Counted from the first letter of the stretch, positions 29,427-40,019 are shown. The stretch is DNA of 64,000 nucleotides from an uncultured Bacteroidota bacterium (GCA_963717445.1 OY970334.1:3891406-3955405); one strand, 5' to 3'. The notes: a model not told the origin generated them from the sequence alone. Program-made: numbers and translations.

Positions 29427-30524
29427 ATGGGTTTTAATTGCGGTATTGTCGGCCTGCCGAATGTCGGAAAGTCAACGCTTTTCAACGCCATCACTGCTGC
29501 CGGAGCGGAGGCTGCTAATTATCCGTTCTGTACCATCGATCCCAATGTGGGCATTGTCACTGTCCCCGACGCCCGCATCAATACGCTCGCTGCCATCTAC
29601 CGCCCTGAAAAAATCATTCCGTCCGCCATCGAGTTTGTCGACATTGCAGGGCTGGTGAAAGGAGCCAGCAAAGGCGAAGGGCTCGGCAATCAATTTCTCT
29701 CGCATATACGGGAGGTCGACGCGATCGCGCACGTCGTTCGATGCTTCGATGATGCAAACGTTATCCATGTCGATGGAAGCATTAATCCAAAACGGGATAT
29801 CGAAGTTATTGAAGCCGAACTCATCTTCAAAGACCTCGAAACTGTAGAAAAAAAAACCGCCGATGCGGAGAAAAGATCTAAAACCGGAGAGAAGAAGTTT
29901 AAAGCGGAATACGAATTTTGCCTCAAGTTAAAAAATCATCTCTATGAAGGGCGACTCGCTCGTTATTTCTCTCTCAACAACGATGACGAACGCCTCTGGA
30001 TTCGAGAGATGCACTTGCTGACGAACAAGCCTGTGATGTATGTGTGCAATGTCCATGAAAAAGATGTTGCGGGATCGAACGATTATGTCATGCAGGTTCG
30101 GGAAGTCGCGCAGAAAGAAAGCGCAAAAGTGGTGGTCGTCAGTGCAGCGGTTGAAGCAGAGGTTGCAGAACTTCCGATTGAAGAGAGGCCGGGTTTTTTA
30201 GCAGAGCTAGGATTGAAGGAATCCGGCCTTCAACAAGTGATTCATGAAGGATATGATTTACTCCATCTGCTTACTTTTTTTACCGCAGGGCCGAAAGAAG
30301 TCCACGCCTGGACGGTGCGAAAAGGTGCGACTGCTCCGGAGGCTGCCGGGGTCATTCATTCCGATTTTGAAAAAGGTTTCATTCGGGCAGAGATTATGAA
30401 GTGCGAGGATCTTTTTCGACTGGGGAATGAACAGAAGGTGAAAGACGGCGGATTGCTACACATTGAAGGAAGGGAATATCTTATCGAAGATGGAGATATC
30501 GTTCACTTCCGGTTTAATGTGTAA
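29427..30524 (+). CDS. ychF: redox-regulated ribosome-binding ATPase YchF
   Basis: GIVGLPNVGKSTLFNA G1 motif and C-terminal TGS domain. 365 aa. Confidence 0.95.
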   Translation: MGFNCGIVGLPNVGKSTLFNAITAAGAEAANYPFCTIDPNVGIVTVPDARINTLAAIYRPEKIIPSAIEFVDIAGLVKGASKGEGLGNQFLSHIREVDAIAHVVRCFDDANVIHVDGSINPKRDIEVIEAELIFKDLETVEKKTADAEKRSKTGEKKFKAEYEFCLKLKNHLYEGRLARYFSLNNDDERLWIREMHLLTNKPVMYVCNVHEKDVAGSNDYVMQVREVAQKESAKVVVVSAAVEAEVAELPIEERPGFLAELGLKESGLQQVIHEGYDLLHLLTFFTAGPKEVHAWTVRKGATAPEAAGVIHSDFEKGFIRAEIMKCEDLFRLGNEQKVKDGGLLHIEGREYLIEDGDIVHFRFNV

Positions 30525-30614
30525 TACCGCAGTTTACAAGGGCGTGCTCAGATGCAAAAGGCATCTCGATGAAAATGAGATGCCTTTTTTGCCTCGATAA
30601 ATCAAAGGAGCAGT

Positions 30615-30941
30615 TTACGCCCACCCAAGTTTCTTGCGTGCTTCGGGAGCGATCATTGCCGGACTCCACTGAGGCTGCCACACAATCCGAACATCGGCAT
30701 CGCTGACACCGGAAATTTTTTTAATGCGATCGCGCACATTATTGGCAATCATCGATGACATGCCGCAGCCGGGAGAAGTCAACGTCATTTTCACGCCGAC
30801 CCAATCGTCAATGATTTTAACATCGTAGACTAATCCAAGGTCAACGATGCTGACAGGAATTTCGGGATCGTGCACGTCCTTCAATGCTTCGTAGACAAGT
30901 TCTTTAGTTATTGCTGCGGGATGTTCAATCTGATTTTCCAT
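30615..30941 (-). CDS. DUF59/MIP18 family Fe-S cluster assembly protein (SufT-like)
   Basis: PEIPVSIVDLGLVYDV…TLTSPGCGM is the typical SufT/PaaD-like domain. Confidence 0.8.
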   Translation of the reverse strand: MENQIEHPAAITKELVYEALKDVHDPEIPVSIVDLGLVYDVKIIDDWVGVKMTLTSPGCGMSSMIANNVRDRIKKISGVSDADVRIVWQPQWSPAMIAPEARKKLGWA

Positions 30942-31119
30942 TGGTTCCTCAGTGAATTAACGAACTAATAATATACAATTTCGCATAAAAATGAAACTCT
31001 TTATTTGCTCATCTGTTTGAACCACAAAGCAGCAAAGAAGGTTTCATAAAGTCAATAAAAACAATCTTCGCAATCGTCTCGCCTGTGTATGTACTCGAAA
31101 GCTTTTTTTTGAGAAAGCA

Positions 31120-31599
31120 CTAGTTCGATGCACCTTGAGTTTGCTTCGCAAGATAATTTTCGAGCCCCATTTGTTCGATTTGCGAGCGTTGAACCTCGGC
31201 CCAATCGACGTGCCCTTCTTCGATCTTGAGAATGGTGGTAAGGAGATCGGCTGTTGCCTGGTCGGCAACTTCACGGGCAAGAGCGATAGCGCTATTGTAC
31301 GAACGGATTGCACCAATCTCTGCCTCCTGATCGTTACCCACCATATCCTCGACAGTTTTTCCTATTTGCATTGGATTAAGCTTGGAGACCTCCGGCGTTC
31401 CCTCGAGAAATAAAATTCTCTGGATGAGCCACTCGGCATGGTGCATTTCGTCCATGGCTTGCTTTTCAATCGCCTTATGCAATTTATCATATCCCCAATT
31501 TTCGCACATTTCTGAATGAACCATATATTGACTGATAGCTGTAAGTTCGTCCGCGAGCAATTGGTTGAGGGTTCCGATAAGTTTGCTATTTCCTTTCAT
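31120..31599 (-). CDS. bfr: bacterioferritin
   Basis: LNQLLADELTAISQYMVHS…EGHVDWAE…: ferritin-like di-iron ligands and Bfr-type sequence. 159 aa. Confidence 0.9.
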   Translation of the reverse strand: MKGNSKLIGTLNQLLADELTAISQYMVHSEMCENWGYDKLHKAIEKQAMDEMHHAEWLIQRILFLEGTPEVSKLNPMQIGKTVEDMVGNDQEAEIGAIRSYNSAIALAREVADQATADLLTTILKIEEGHVDWAEVQRSQIEQMGLENYLAKQTQGASN

Positions 31600-31774
31600 T
31601 ATCCTTCTCCTTTTTATTGAAAATATTTGGTATCATGCCGTTTCAATCAATAGTTTAAACTACTCTTTCTCAAGTTACAGCGATTTTAAAAAAAATACAA
31701 GCGTGTGGTAGAGTATCTCACAACAAACCAACTTGGAATTTGCCTTTTAACATAGAAGTGTCTCAATTTCATGA

Positions 31775-31803
31775 TGTTACTTTCTTTACGAGAAAGAAAG
31801 TAA
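31775..31803. repeat. perfect 12-bp-stem hairpin in the TonB-receptor/bfr intergenic region
   Basis: GTTACTTTCTTT-ACGAG-AAAGAAAGTAAC. Confidence 0.5.
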
Positions 31804-32271
31804 CCAAAGAAATCTCTCGAAATCGTAACGCGCGGATTCAATCCCAGCCGCACAGGTCATCACTTTCGGTGCAAGAAGGCTGTTTGAATATTCTCCATTG
31901 TGCACGTGCACCGAAATTGAAGCCCTTCGATTGAATCCATCCTCTCGCGCGCACCCAACGATTTCGATATGATCCAACAAATGGTGAAAGATTAGGCTCG
32001 GAATCGGCGGTGTTGTGTGAAGGGGCGATGCGTGCGTTAAGAAAACGGCTAGCTGACGGAGTGTGGCACGAGTAAGCCGTTTTCTTCGGCATGTGCGCTG
32101 GGAAGCATCGCATGGGTTCCGATTCCCCCAAAGGGGTCCTTCGGACGAGATGCTCTCTTTGCTTCTTTCACTGGCAACAGAGAAAGAAGATAGAGATAAG
32201 CACACTCAAACTCAGACACTACTAAGCGTGTTGCACTCTTGTTGGATGATGTATAAAGAATTGAAGAAATA

Positions 32272-34587
32272 TCACATTGCAACTGACAACCCTGCGTAGA
32301 ACATTCGACCGATAGAGGGAATGATCCCTGGTCCGGGATACTCATCCGTCCGCATGGTGAAGTACATGGCATTTGTCAAGTTGTTGACTCCAAACCTGAA
32401 TTCGTATTTCAAAATTTTGTACGCAGCCGACAGGTCAATAACGCTGTATGACGGGATAATCCCTACCAAACCGTCGAGAGAAAATTTCGTGTCGCCTGGA
32501 TCGCTATAGCTGGAGGCGGTGTACGAATATTGTGCGTTCAACGAAAGAGCTCCAAGGCTATAGTCAACACCGAAACGCTCTACATACTTGGGAGCGTATG
32601 GAACATAATTACCGTTATATTCACCTGAAACGTAACGTGCGTCGGTGTACGCAAAGGAATTGTATATAGCCAATCTTCCGAAATTGTCGGTAGCAATGAG
32701 GCCGCCGAGAACGTTCAGCTCTATGTAGGTTTCCACACCTTTGTGATCGTCGGCTCCGGTATTTGTCTCAAATTGGTACGACGAGGTGTCTTCAGTTTGT
32801 TCAACGATCCCGATATCGCTCTTGACATGCATGTAAAAGAAACTTAGGTCAAAGTTCAGGAAGTCGCCGACCAATCCTCTGAACCCAACGTCTACATTAT
32901 TTGCTGATGCATCTTTCAGATTTTGGTCGATTCTTGCGATTGTGCCGAACGGAGTTAAGTCGTCATACGTAACGGGCCTGTATGACTGGCTGAAATTGGC
33001 GTAGATATCCGTTGCCTCAGAAATTTTAAACTCTGCGCTGGTCGCACCTAACAAAAATGTGCGCGTGTGTTCTTCGTTATTTACGAAAACGAATGGAGCT
33101 GAGGTCGCGTCATTATTTTCAGTGTAACCATTTGCTGTTGTGCTCAAATATTCAAAACGCAAAGCGGGTGTTATGCTTAGCGCGTCGCTGATTCTAAAGA
33201 TGTTCTGAATATACGGAGCGACATTCGTTGTATAAAAATTCATATCTCCTCCCCATGGAGAGAATGTGGTGAGATCAAAATCCGATCCAGTGGTTCCTTC
33301 TCCCTCATCCTTTCTCACAAGATGTGAATATGCATACCGCAAACCGAACGAGAAAGTATGGCTTAGGCCTAGGAAGTTGTAATTAGACAAAAACCGTAGC
33401 TCGTTTGTGAATGTATTGAAAAATTCCTCCTCTACCTCGCGCGGAGGATATGTCAGGCTTGCCGTGATGGTATCCGGGACCTCAGGCGGCACATCCTCGT
33501 TCCTCCAAACTAAATCGCGTTGACTGAAAAGATAGGATGACACGAGATTCAGGGATGAGTTATCATCTATTTTGTAGTCAATATGTGAAGCCAAGATGTT
33601 CCATGGGCTCGAGAGCCAGTTCCGGCTCCGAAGAGACGCTCGGGGGTTTGCGTAGAACATTGAATCGTTTTCACCGCCGGGCATTTGGATCAAATTGCGG
33701 AGCATCGTGTATTCTAATCCGATTTGTAGTTTTTCAGTAGGATCGTATTTCAGGGTTCCATAACCCGACCATTGTGTTTGTTGAGAGTTTGTCCTCCAAC
33801 CATCCATCCGTCTATATTGAAGGAAACCATAATAATTGAAAGCCCCGTCTGTACCTCCAATGGAATTAAAACTATTGAAGAGTCCATAGCTGCCGGCGGT
33901 TTGAGAGGAATTGACTTGAAAAGAACTGGGTCCGCCATCTTTCATTTCATAGTTAACAACACCGCCTAATTGTGGGCCGAAGGCCAATGCAGAGCCATCC
34001 TCCAAAATGGCTATACTTTTTACAGCTTCCATTGGAGGGAGGTAGTAGGCTTCATTGTATCCGTACAGGTCTGCGGAAATATTGTAACCGTTTTGGCGCG
34101 TATTGGTCTCGATGCTTTGATAAGGGCTGAATCCTCGTAGGCCGATTCCATTTGCCGTGAATCCGCTCATCTCGTTTTCGGTGATGTCTACTCCCGGTAT
34201 CCGTCCCAGAATCTGCCTCGTGTTATTGATAGCTTTATTGGCGTCAAGGCTGTCTATGTCGAGCACTTCGTTTTTCATTCCCGCATAAACAACGCCGCCC
34301 GCATAGCCCTTCATCTGACCTATACCGTTCATGACCTTGTAGCTTGTAACGATAACCTCTTTCATGATGTAGGTCGAATCGGAAGACGAATTTTCACTGG
34401 AGGAGTTTGCATCTGAATTATTTTGATACGCTTCCTTTCCATAATCGCCGATAACCGCTGTGTGCATCGATGATAAAGCTGATTTGAGTGTGCCCCCGGA
34501 TGTACTCAATGAAACTGTCTGGGAAAATGAGGAGGTGGTAGATGAGAGTACGAAGAGGAGAAAAAAAAAGCAGCGTGGTGAATTCAT
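32272..34587 (-). CDS. TonB-dependent outer-membrane receptor
   Basis: Signal peptide from the internal Met (MNSPRCFFFLLFVLSSTTSSFSQ), plug and beta-barrel regions, and C-terminal aromatic residue. Confidence 0.85.
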   Translation of the reverse strand: MNSPRCFFFLLFVLSSTTSSFSQTVSLSTSGGTLKSALSSMHTAVIGDYGKEAYQNNSDANSSSENSSSDSTYIMKEVIVTSYKVMNGIGQMKGYAGGVVYAGMKNEVLDIDSLDANKAINNTRQILGRIPGVDITENEMSGFTANGIGLRGFSPYQSIETNTRQNGYNISADLYGYNEAYYLPPMEAVKSIAILEDGSALAFGPQLGGVVNYEMKDGGPSSFQVNSSQTAGSYGLFNSFNSIGGTDGAFNYYGFLQYRRMDGWRTNSQQTQWSGYGTLKYDPTEKLQIGLEYTMLRNLIQMPGGENDSMFYANPRASLRSRNWLSSPWNILASHIDYKIDDNSSLNLVSSYLFSQRDLVWRNEDVPPEVPDTITASLTYPPREVEEEFFNTFTNELRFLSNYNFLGLSHTFSFGLRYAYSHLVRKDEGEGTTGSDFDLTTFSPWGGDMNFYTTNVAPYIQNIFRISDALSITPALRFEYLSTTANGYTENNDATSAPFVFVNNEEHTRTFLLGATSAEFKISEATDIYANFSQSYRPVTYDDLTPFGTIARIDQNLKDASANNVDVGFRGLVGDFLNFDLSFFYMHVKSDIGIVEQTEDTSSYQFETNTGADDHKGVETYIELNVLGGLIATDNFGRLAIYNSFAYTDARYVSGEYNGNYVPYAPKYVERFGVDYSLGALSLNAQYSYTASSYSDPGDTKFSLDGLVGIIPSYSVIDLSAAYKILKYEFRFGVNNLTNAMYFTMRTDEYPGPGIIPSIGRMFYAGLSVAM

Positions 34588-34753
34588 AATGCACTCCTGT
34601 GAAATGGTTTGGGGCGCATTCGTGTTGACAAACCGTCGCTTCTTCCGTACATTAAAAGCGAAAGGGGTGTGCACAACGCGCTCCTTTTGATTTGATGCAT
34701 TGCCGTTGACCTTTGGCGAGGAAGCGGCAGTGCATTTTTTTATTTTGGCTACT

Positions 34754-34939
34754 TCAGACTTTTTCGGTTTTTTGCGGCAATGATTTCTTCAATGGAGTAG
34801 CAGATCCGGAACAGCCACAGTCAGAATCACATGAATTCATTTGAGATCGTTTTCGCTTGTGGACTTGTTTTCGCACCAAAAGCAGCGCACTCAGTGCAAC
34901 AATTCCCAGCGAAATTATTTGTTGCCAATCTCCCATCAT
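34754..34939 (-). CDS. FeoB-associated Cys-rich small membrane protein
   Basis: MMGDWQQIISLGIVALSALLLVRKQ…SCDSDCGCSGS: one TM helix plus a Cys-rich tail. Its ATG overlaps the feoB TAA by 1 nt (TAATGATG on the minus strand). Confidence 0.7.
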   Translation of the reverse strand: MMGDWQQIISLGIVALSALLLVRKQVHKRKRSQMNSCDSDCGCSGSATPLKKSLPQKTEKV

Positions 34940-37053
34940 TAGACCGCTAGTAAAAGGCCTACTCGGTATACAATAAATGTCCCTGCATAAGCAAGGGTGG
35001 TCATGTAACAAACCTGAAATATCGGCCATTTCCATCCGTTTGTTTCCCGGCGCATGACAGCAACGGTGGACATACACTGCATTGCCAGGACATAGTACAC
35101 CATCAAACAAATGGCAGTAAGTGCAGTAAACGTCGGTAGACCGGTTGCCGGATCGGTATCGTTGTGGAGATGTTCCTGTAACGACATGATTCCGCTTTCC
35201 TGTTTTGCATCTCTGATGTTGTAGATTGTTCCTAAAGTGCTGACAAACACTTCACGCTGCAAAATTGATCCAATCAATCCGATTCCAACTTTCCAATCGA
35301 ACCCGAGCGGTTTAATAACAGGTTCAATAAAATGTCCTGCGCGGCCGGCAAAGCTCATGTCCAAACTTTGGGATGCTGATGCATTTTCCGTTTTTGGATA
35401 TGTAGCGAGGAACCATAATACGATCGACACGCCGAGGATGATCGTACCGGCCCGTTTCAGAAATAACGCCGATCGTTCCCACATATGAAGAAGCACAGAT
35501 TTCAGCGACGGCATTTTGTATGGCGGCAATTCCATAATGAAGGCTGGAGTTTCGCTCTTCAATAAAGTCTTTTTAAACAACCAGGCCATCGCTAATGCAG
35601 CCAACAATCCTAAAAAGTACATCGCAACGAGCGTGAGGCCGGGAAGTGAAAAAATTCCGAGCACACGCTTTGGTGGAATGAATGCCGCTATCATCAGGGC
35701 GTACACGGGAAGGCGTGCGCTGCAGCTCACAAGCGGAGCAACAAGCATTGTCACAAGCCGGTCCTTCCGGTTTTCGATAGTTCGTGTTGCCATGATGCCT
35801 GGGATTGCGCAAGCAAACGAGCTGAGAAGAGGGATGAACGATTTTCCGTGCAGTCCGACTTTGCTCATCGTTCTATCCATGATGAATGCTGCTCGCGCCA
35901 TGTAGCCGGTGTCTTCAAGAAATCCGATAAAAAGGAACAGGAAGAGTATTTGAGGGAGAAAAGTGACCACGGCCCCTACGCCAGCAATCGCACCGTTGAC
36001 AAGAAGGTCGCGCAGATCTCCCGCAGGCATGACAGCTATTATTTGTGCGTCTATCCAGTTAATCCCGTCGCCGATCATGAGCATTGGAACATTCGCCCAA
36101 GAAAAAATCGCCTGGAACATGACGGTCATGAGTCCGATGAAGATGACAAAGCCCCACACTTTGTGTGTAAGCACTTGATCGATGTTGTCGCTTGTTGTGT
36201 TCGTATTCCGCCGCCCGGCAATAACGGACGATGCGCAGACATGTTTGATCCACTCGTAGCGGGATTCGACAACGACGGAATTCCGGTCGATGCCGAGCCG
36301 TTCCAATTGCAGGTGATCTTTTTTTACGTGGTCAATTAACTCGGGCGCATACCGGTCATCGTGTTCGGATAACGCTGCGGTCGATGTAAGCAGAACGATT
36401 GCCTCGTGGAAGGCGAGAGGTTCGGCGAGATGGTGCATTGTTTGCAGCATCCCTTTAAGCTCATCACATTCTCGTTGCACGGGTTCAGGCAATGTCCATT
36501 GACGCGACTTGCGTGACGGCTCGACAGGAATTGCAATCGCGGCCTTCAGCTCTTCGATCCCGATTGATTTGCTTCCTACGGTGGGAATAATCTTCACCCC
36601 CAACTCTGCCGACAATTTCTCCACATCGATGATAAGGCCTTCGCGTTCGGCAACATCGATCATGTTCAGGGCAATAACTACAGAAAGGCGGTTGTCAATG
36701 ATTTGACTGATGAGGTAGAGGTTCCGCTCGAGGTTGCTTGCATCGACTACGCACACGACAAGCTCGGGAAGGGGAGTGTGCTTAACACGGCCGAGAAGAA
36801 CATCCGTTGCAACTTTTTCGTCGGGAGAGTTTGCAGTGAGGCTGTACGTGCCGGGGAGGTCGAGCAGAACCGCTTCACTCCCATCGTCGAAAACAACTCT
36901 CCCTTCTTTCTTTTCGACCGTCACACCCGGATAGTTCCCGACTTTCTGCCGCAACCCGGTCAGTGCATTGAAAATCGTCGTTTTTCCCGCATTCGGATTT
37001 CCGATGATGGCAATATAGCGAAGCCAAGTTTTAACTTTTAAGGAATTAATCAT
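34939..37053 (-). CDS. feoB: ferrous iron transporter B
   Basis: IAIIGNPNAGKTTIFNALTG G-domain with polytopic membrane domains. 704 aa. Confidence 0.95.
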   Translation of the reverse strand: MINSLKVKTWLRYIAIIGNPNAGKTTIFNALTGLRQKVGNYPGVTVEKKEGRVVFDDGSEAVLLDLPGTYSLTANSPDEKVATDVLLGRVKHTPLPELVVCVVDASNLERNLYLISQIIDNRLSVVIALNMIDVAEREGLIIDVEKLSAELGVKIIPTVGSKSIGIEELKAAIAIPVEPSRKSRQWTLPEPVQRECDELKGMLQTMHHLAEPLAFHEAIVLLTSTAALSEHDDRYAPELIDHVKKDHLQLERLGIDRNSVVVESRYEWIKHVCASSVIAGRRNTNTTSDNIDQVLTHKVWGFVIFIGLMTVMFQAIFSWANVPMLMIGDGINWIDAQIIAVMPAGDLRDLLVNGAIAGVGAVVTFLPQILFLFLFIGFLEDTGYMARAAFIMDRTMSKVGLHGKSFIPLLSSFACAIPGIMATRTIENRKDRLVTMLVAPLVSCSARLPVYALMIAAFIPPKRVLGIFSLPGLTLVAMYFLGLLAALAMAWLFKKTLLKSETPAFIMELPPYKMPSLKSVLLHMWERSALFLKRAGTIILGVSIVLWFLATYPKTENASASQSLDMSFAGRAGHFIEPVIKPLGFDWKVGIGLIGSILQREVFVSTLGTIYNIRDAKQESGIMSLQEHLHNDTDPATGLPTFTALTAICLMVYYVLAMQCMSTVAVMRRETNGWKWPIFQVCYMTTLAYAGTFIVYRVGLLLAV

Positions 37054-37292
37054 TGCGAATATTTAAGGACGATGACGGATTCGGCCTCGACGCGGCGAAG
37101 AGAAAGGCGATACCCGCGAACAGAGATTTCGATGGGGTCTCCCATCGGGGCAAATCGAATTATTTCGATATCCGTTCCTTTTGTCAATCCCATTTCAAGT
37201 AAACGCTGCTTGATCGAAGACTTTACAGATTCCACTCGTTCGACGATGCCATGTTCCCCGGGGAGAAGCGTGTTGAGAGACATTTGTGCCAT
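37050..37292 (-). CDS. feoA: ferrous iron transport protein A
   Basis: 80-aa SH3-like FeoA (GEHGIVERV…LLEMGLTKGTDIEIIRFAPMGDPIEI). Confidence 0.85.
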   Translation of the reverse strand: MAQMSLNTLLPGEHGIVERVESVKSSIKQRLLEMGLTKGTDIEIIRFAPMGDPIEISVRGYRLSLRRVEAESVIVLKYSQ

Positions 37293-37295
37293 AGG

Positions 37296-37532
37296 TTACT
37301 CGAAAGGAGACACGATAATGTCATCCGCGAGCGCATGATTTAACCCGATTCTGGTATTGCACACTTCACAAATAAGATTGCCTTCTCCGTTGACGACCAA
37401 CCTCACTATTGCGTTCTCGCAAAATCCCATCTCACGCAGTCGGAAACAAATGTCCGGTTGCGATTGAAGTCGATGAATGCGCACGAACCTTCCGGCCGGA
37501 ATTTCATTAAGCGTCATTGTTAAACCATTCAT
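37296..37532 (-). CDS. feoA: FeoA domain protein (second copy)
   Basis: LNEIPAGRFVRIHRL…LREMGFCENAIVRLV…ICEVCNTRIGL. Likely starts at the internal Met 8 bp after the fur stop. Confidence 0.7.
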   Translation of the reverse strand: MNGLTMTLNEIPAGRFVRIHRLQSQPDICFRLREMGFCENAIVRLVVNGEGNLICEVCNTRIGLNHALADDIIVSPFE

Positions 37533-37539
37533 ATTATCG

Positions 37540-37980
37540 TTATTCCTTTTCTCGGCATTTTCTGCACGTCCCAAAAATCTGAAGCGTCGAACTTTGCGGC
37601 TTAAAAGCATTTCCCTTGCATACCTCATCTTGAATTTTTGAAAGCTTATCGCTGACGAATTCAATGATGTCGCCGCATTCCAAGCAAATTAAATGATCAT
37701 GATGAGGACGGCCGAACGCTTTTTCGTATCTCGAGTGATTTTCTCCGAAGCGGTATTTTGAAATCAGCCCGCAGTCTTGGAGGAGTTCGAGGGTATTATA
37801 AACGGTTGCACGAGAAACTTTTGACCCGTTCGATTTCAGTTGAAGGAAAAGCCCGTCAGCATCAAAGTGCCCGTCATTGTTCATTACCGATTCCAATACT
37901 TGGAACCTCTCAGGCGTTATCCTGTAGCTGCCCGCTTTCAGATATTTCCTAAAGCTATCTTTTGCGGCTTCTATATCCAT
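37540..37980 (-). CDS. fur: Fur family transcriptional regulator
   Basis: HHDHLICLECGDIIEF metal-binding motif and N-terminal winged helix. Confidence 0.9.
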   Translation of the reverse strand: MDIEAAKDSFRKYLKAGSYRITPERFQVLESVMNNDGHFDADGLFLQLKSNGSKVSRATVYNTLELLQDCGLISKYRFGENHSRYEKAFGRPHHDHLICLECGDIIEFVSDKLSKIQDEVCKGNAFKPQSSTLQIFGTCRKCREKE

Positions 37981-38126
37981 GGAAACATTAATCTTGTTGG
38001 CACGTTTATACCATGGTGGTTACAAAACCCGTACCAATCATTTTATTTAGACTTAATCTAAATAAATATAATGAGGATGGCGATGTGAGTCAATGAAAAT
38101 CTTTGAAAATGTGCAAATTTCGTAAA

Positions 38127-38155
38127 TTGGACTAAATTAGTCTTGTATAGTCCAA
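38127..38155. promoter_or_regulatory. inverted repeat upstream of the fur-feo operon (candidate operator)
   Basis: TTGGACTA-N13-TAGTCCAA, with an inner GACTA-AAT-TAGTC palindrome. About 150 bp upstream of the fur start. Confidence 0.35.
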
Positions 38156-38264
38156 ATAATTTCATTGCAGACTTGGCATCTAATTCGTATATTTAACAGG
38201 AAAACTATCCCAGATTCTGGAAATCACAAATAGCTTCATTTTAAAGAGGATAAAAGAAAGATCA

Positions 38265-39026
38265 ATGATGATAGATATAGAAAATCAGGTTGCTATTGTT
38301 ACAGGAGGTTCGCGCGGAATTGGTGCCGCAACTGCTATCCTCCTGGCCAAAGCCGGCGCAAATGTAATAATCACCTACAATACCAATGAGAAAGCTGCAA
38401 AAGAAGTTCAGGATGAAATAACGTCATTGGGACGCAAATGTATTGCGATGAAAGCAAACGTTTCAAGGCCAAAGAATGCCAAAAAAGTTGCAGAAAAAGC
38501 GGTGCAGAAATTTGGCCAAATTGATATCCTCGTAAATAGCGCCGGCATTTGGACCTATGGTGAGATAGGAAAAATCACCGAGGAACTGTGGAAAGAAACT
38601 ATGGAAATCAACCTCGACGGGACATTTTACATGATTAATGCCGTTGTTCCATACATGAAAAAACGGCATTTTGGGAAGATCATAAGCATTTCAAGCACGG
38701 CAGGTCAACGCGGCGAAGCATTTCATTCTCACTACGCGGCAACAAAAGGGGCGATAATTTCGCTTACGAAATCGCTTTCTACCGAACTTGGCGTCTACAA
38801 TATTAATGTGAATAGCGTTGCGCCTGGCTGGGTGAAAACCGACATGAGCATGGAGGCGCTCCGCAATCCGAGATTTATGGAGGAAGTTGTAAAGGGGATT
38901 CCGCTTGGACGGATTCCCTCCGGTGACGACATAGCCGGTCCAATTTTGTTTTTGGCATCGGATTTAGCCCGTCACATCACAGGGGAGATTCTGAATGTAA
39001 ATGGCGGCAGTGTATTGGTTGGCTGA
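38265..39026 (+). CDS. SDR family oxidoreductase (FabG-like 3-oxoacyl-ACP reductase)
   Basis: TGGSRGIGAA cofactor motif and YxxxK catalytic motif (HYAATKGAI). Confidence 0.85.
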   Translation: MMIDIENQVAIVTGGSRGIGAATAILLAKAGANVIITYNTNEKAAKEVQDEITSLGRKCIAMKANVSRPKNAKKVAEKAVQKFGQIDILVNSAGIWTYGEIGKITEELWKETMEINLDGTFYMINAVVPYMKKRHFGKIISISSTAGQRGEAFHSHYAATKGAIISLTKSLSTELGVYNINVNSVAPGWVKTDMSMEALRNPRFMEEVVKGIPLGRIPSGDDIAGPILFLASDLARHITGEILNVNGGSVLVG

Positions 39027-39064
39027 GAAATCCTTTTTCAAATGAGAAAATTATCTTTACGCTG

Positions 39065-39904
39065 ATGCGGAGAACTAACCCGTTCTTCTTTTTTTTGGGG
39101 ATGGTTCTTCTTGTATTGTTCAGTTCGAATGTTTTGGCCCACCTTGGATATAGAACGCAAATCTATATTTGGGAATTTCCGATAGACCTGAAATCCGCTT
39201 TTCTTGCAATCCTCTGCTACCCTTTCCATAAAAAAATCAACGAAGGTTTTGTTTTAGCGAATATTGGATTGGGCAGATGGGATTGGCCTATAAATCTGGC
39301 AGCATTTTTTTCCCCTGTTTGCCTTCTTGCGGTAATCATAATATCCGGTTATCTCTTCAAAGCAGTTGATTACCAAGGGATGGACAATTCGGGGACTTTT
39401 CTATTGGCGACGTTGTTTGACATTCCCGCCACTTACTTTTTTTCTTTCACGACAGTGCTCTTGGAGGAGGCAATTTTTAGAGGCTTCATTTTTAGTGCAC
39501 TCTTCAAGAGAGGAAATATGTTCATACCAATTCTTCTCTCATCTGTATTATGGACGTTAAATTCCTATACCAACTTTTTTCAGAATCTTGACGTAAGCTT
39601 TAAATCAATTCTTTTTGGATCGTTAAATTTGATTTCTTTGGGATTTGCTTGTTCAGCTTTATTTGTCTTTTCAAGATCAATTTGGCCAGGCTATTCATAC
39701 AGGATTAGTCTTATGGTTTTCTCAACGGCCCTTTTGGGCGGAAGTCAAACTGAGAGCAATTCTTTTTTTGGAACGAATTCGTCCATATTCTCAAGTGGCG
39801 GAATTTTTATTATCCTCCTCAACTTCATTTTTGCTCTCCTTTTGATAAAACTGCATAAAAAACGCCAAAAGCCTGATATCTTGAAAATAAAACGAAGCCA
39901 TTAA
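39065..39904 (+). CDS. CPBP family intramembrane metalloprotease (CAAX protease-like)
   Basis: Polytopic membrane protein with EEAIFRGF (EExxxR) and downstream FxxxH-like motifs. Looks AT-rich by eye. Confidence 0.6.
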   Translation: MRRTNPFFFFLGMVLLVLFSSNVLAHLGYRTQIYIWEFPIDLKSAFLAILCYPFHKKINEGFVLANIGLGRWDWPINLAAFFSPVCLLAVIIISGYLFKAVDYQGMDNSGTFLLATLFDIPATYFFSFTTVLLEEAIFRGFIFSALFKRGNMFIPILLSSVLWTLNSYTNFFQNLDVSFKSILFGSLNLISLGFACSALFVFSRSIWPGYSYRISLMVFSTALLGGSQTESNSFFGTNSSIFSSGGIFIILLNFIFALLLIKLHKKRQKPDILKIKRSH

Positions 39905-40019
39905 GCTTACCTGCGAAAATAGACTGTTTTCGCAAGTTTTTACTTGACTCTGTTCCAAAAATATATTTATCTTATAGCTAGAATAGGTTAAGTAAACCCT
40001 TAAAAGGAAAAACTAAAGG

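Noticed and set aside
32030-32160. Stem-loops (AAAACGGCT…AGCCGTTTT and GGGGTCCTTCGGACGAG) suggestive of an ncRNA or riboswitch
   Set aside because: No match to consensus cores I can recall for the common bacterial structured RNAs (SRP RNA, tmRNA, RNase P, 6S, cobalamin, TPP or SAM riboswitches). Kept only as part of the iron-locus spacer finding.
31786-32205. 139-aa minus-strand ORF in the TonB-receptor/bfr spacer
   Set aside because: Cys/Ser-rich low-complexity translation with no motif. The region looks like structured non-coding DNA with hairpins.
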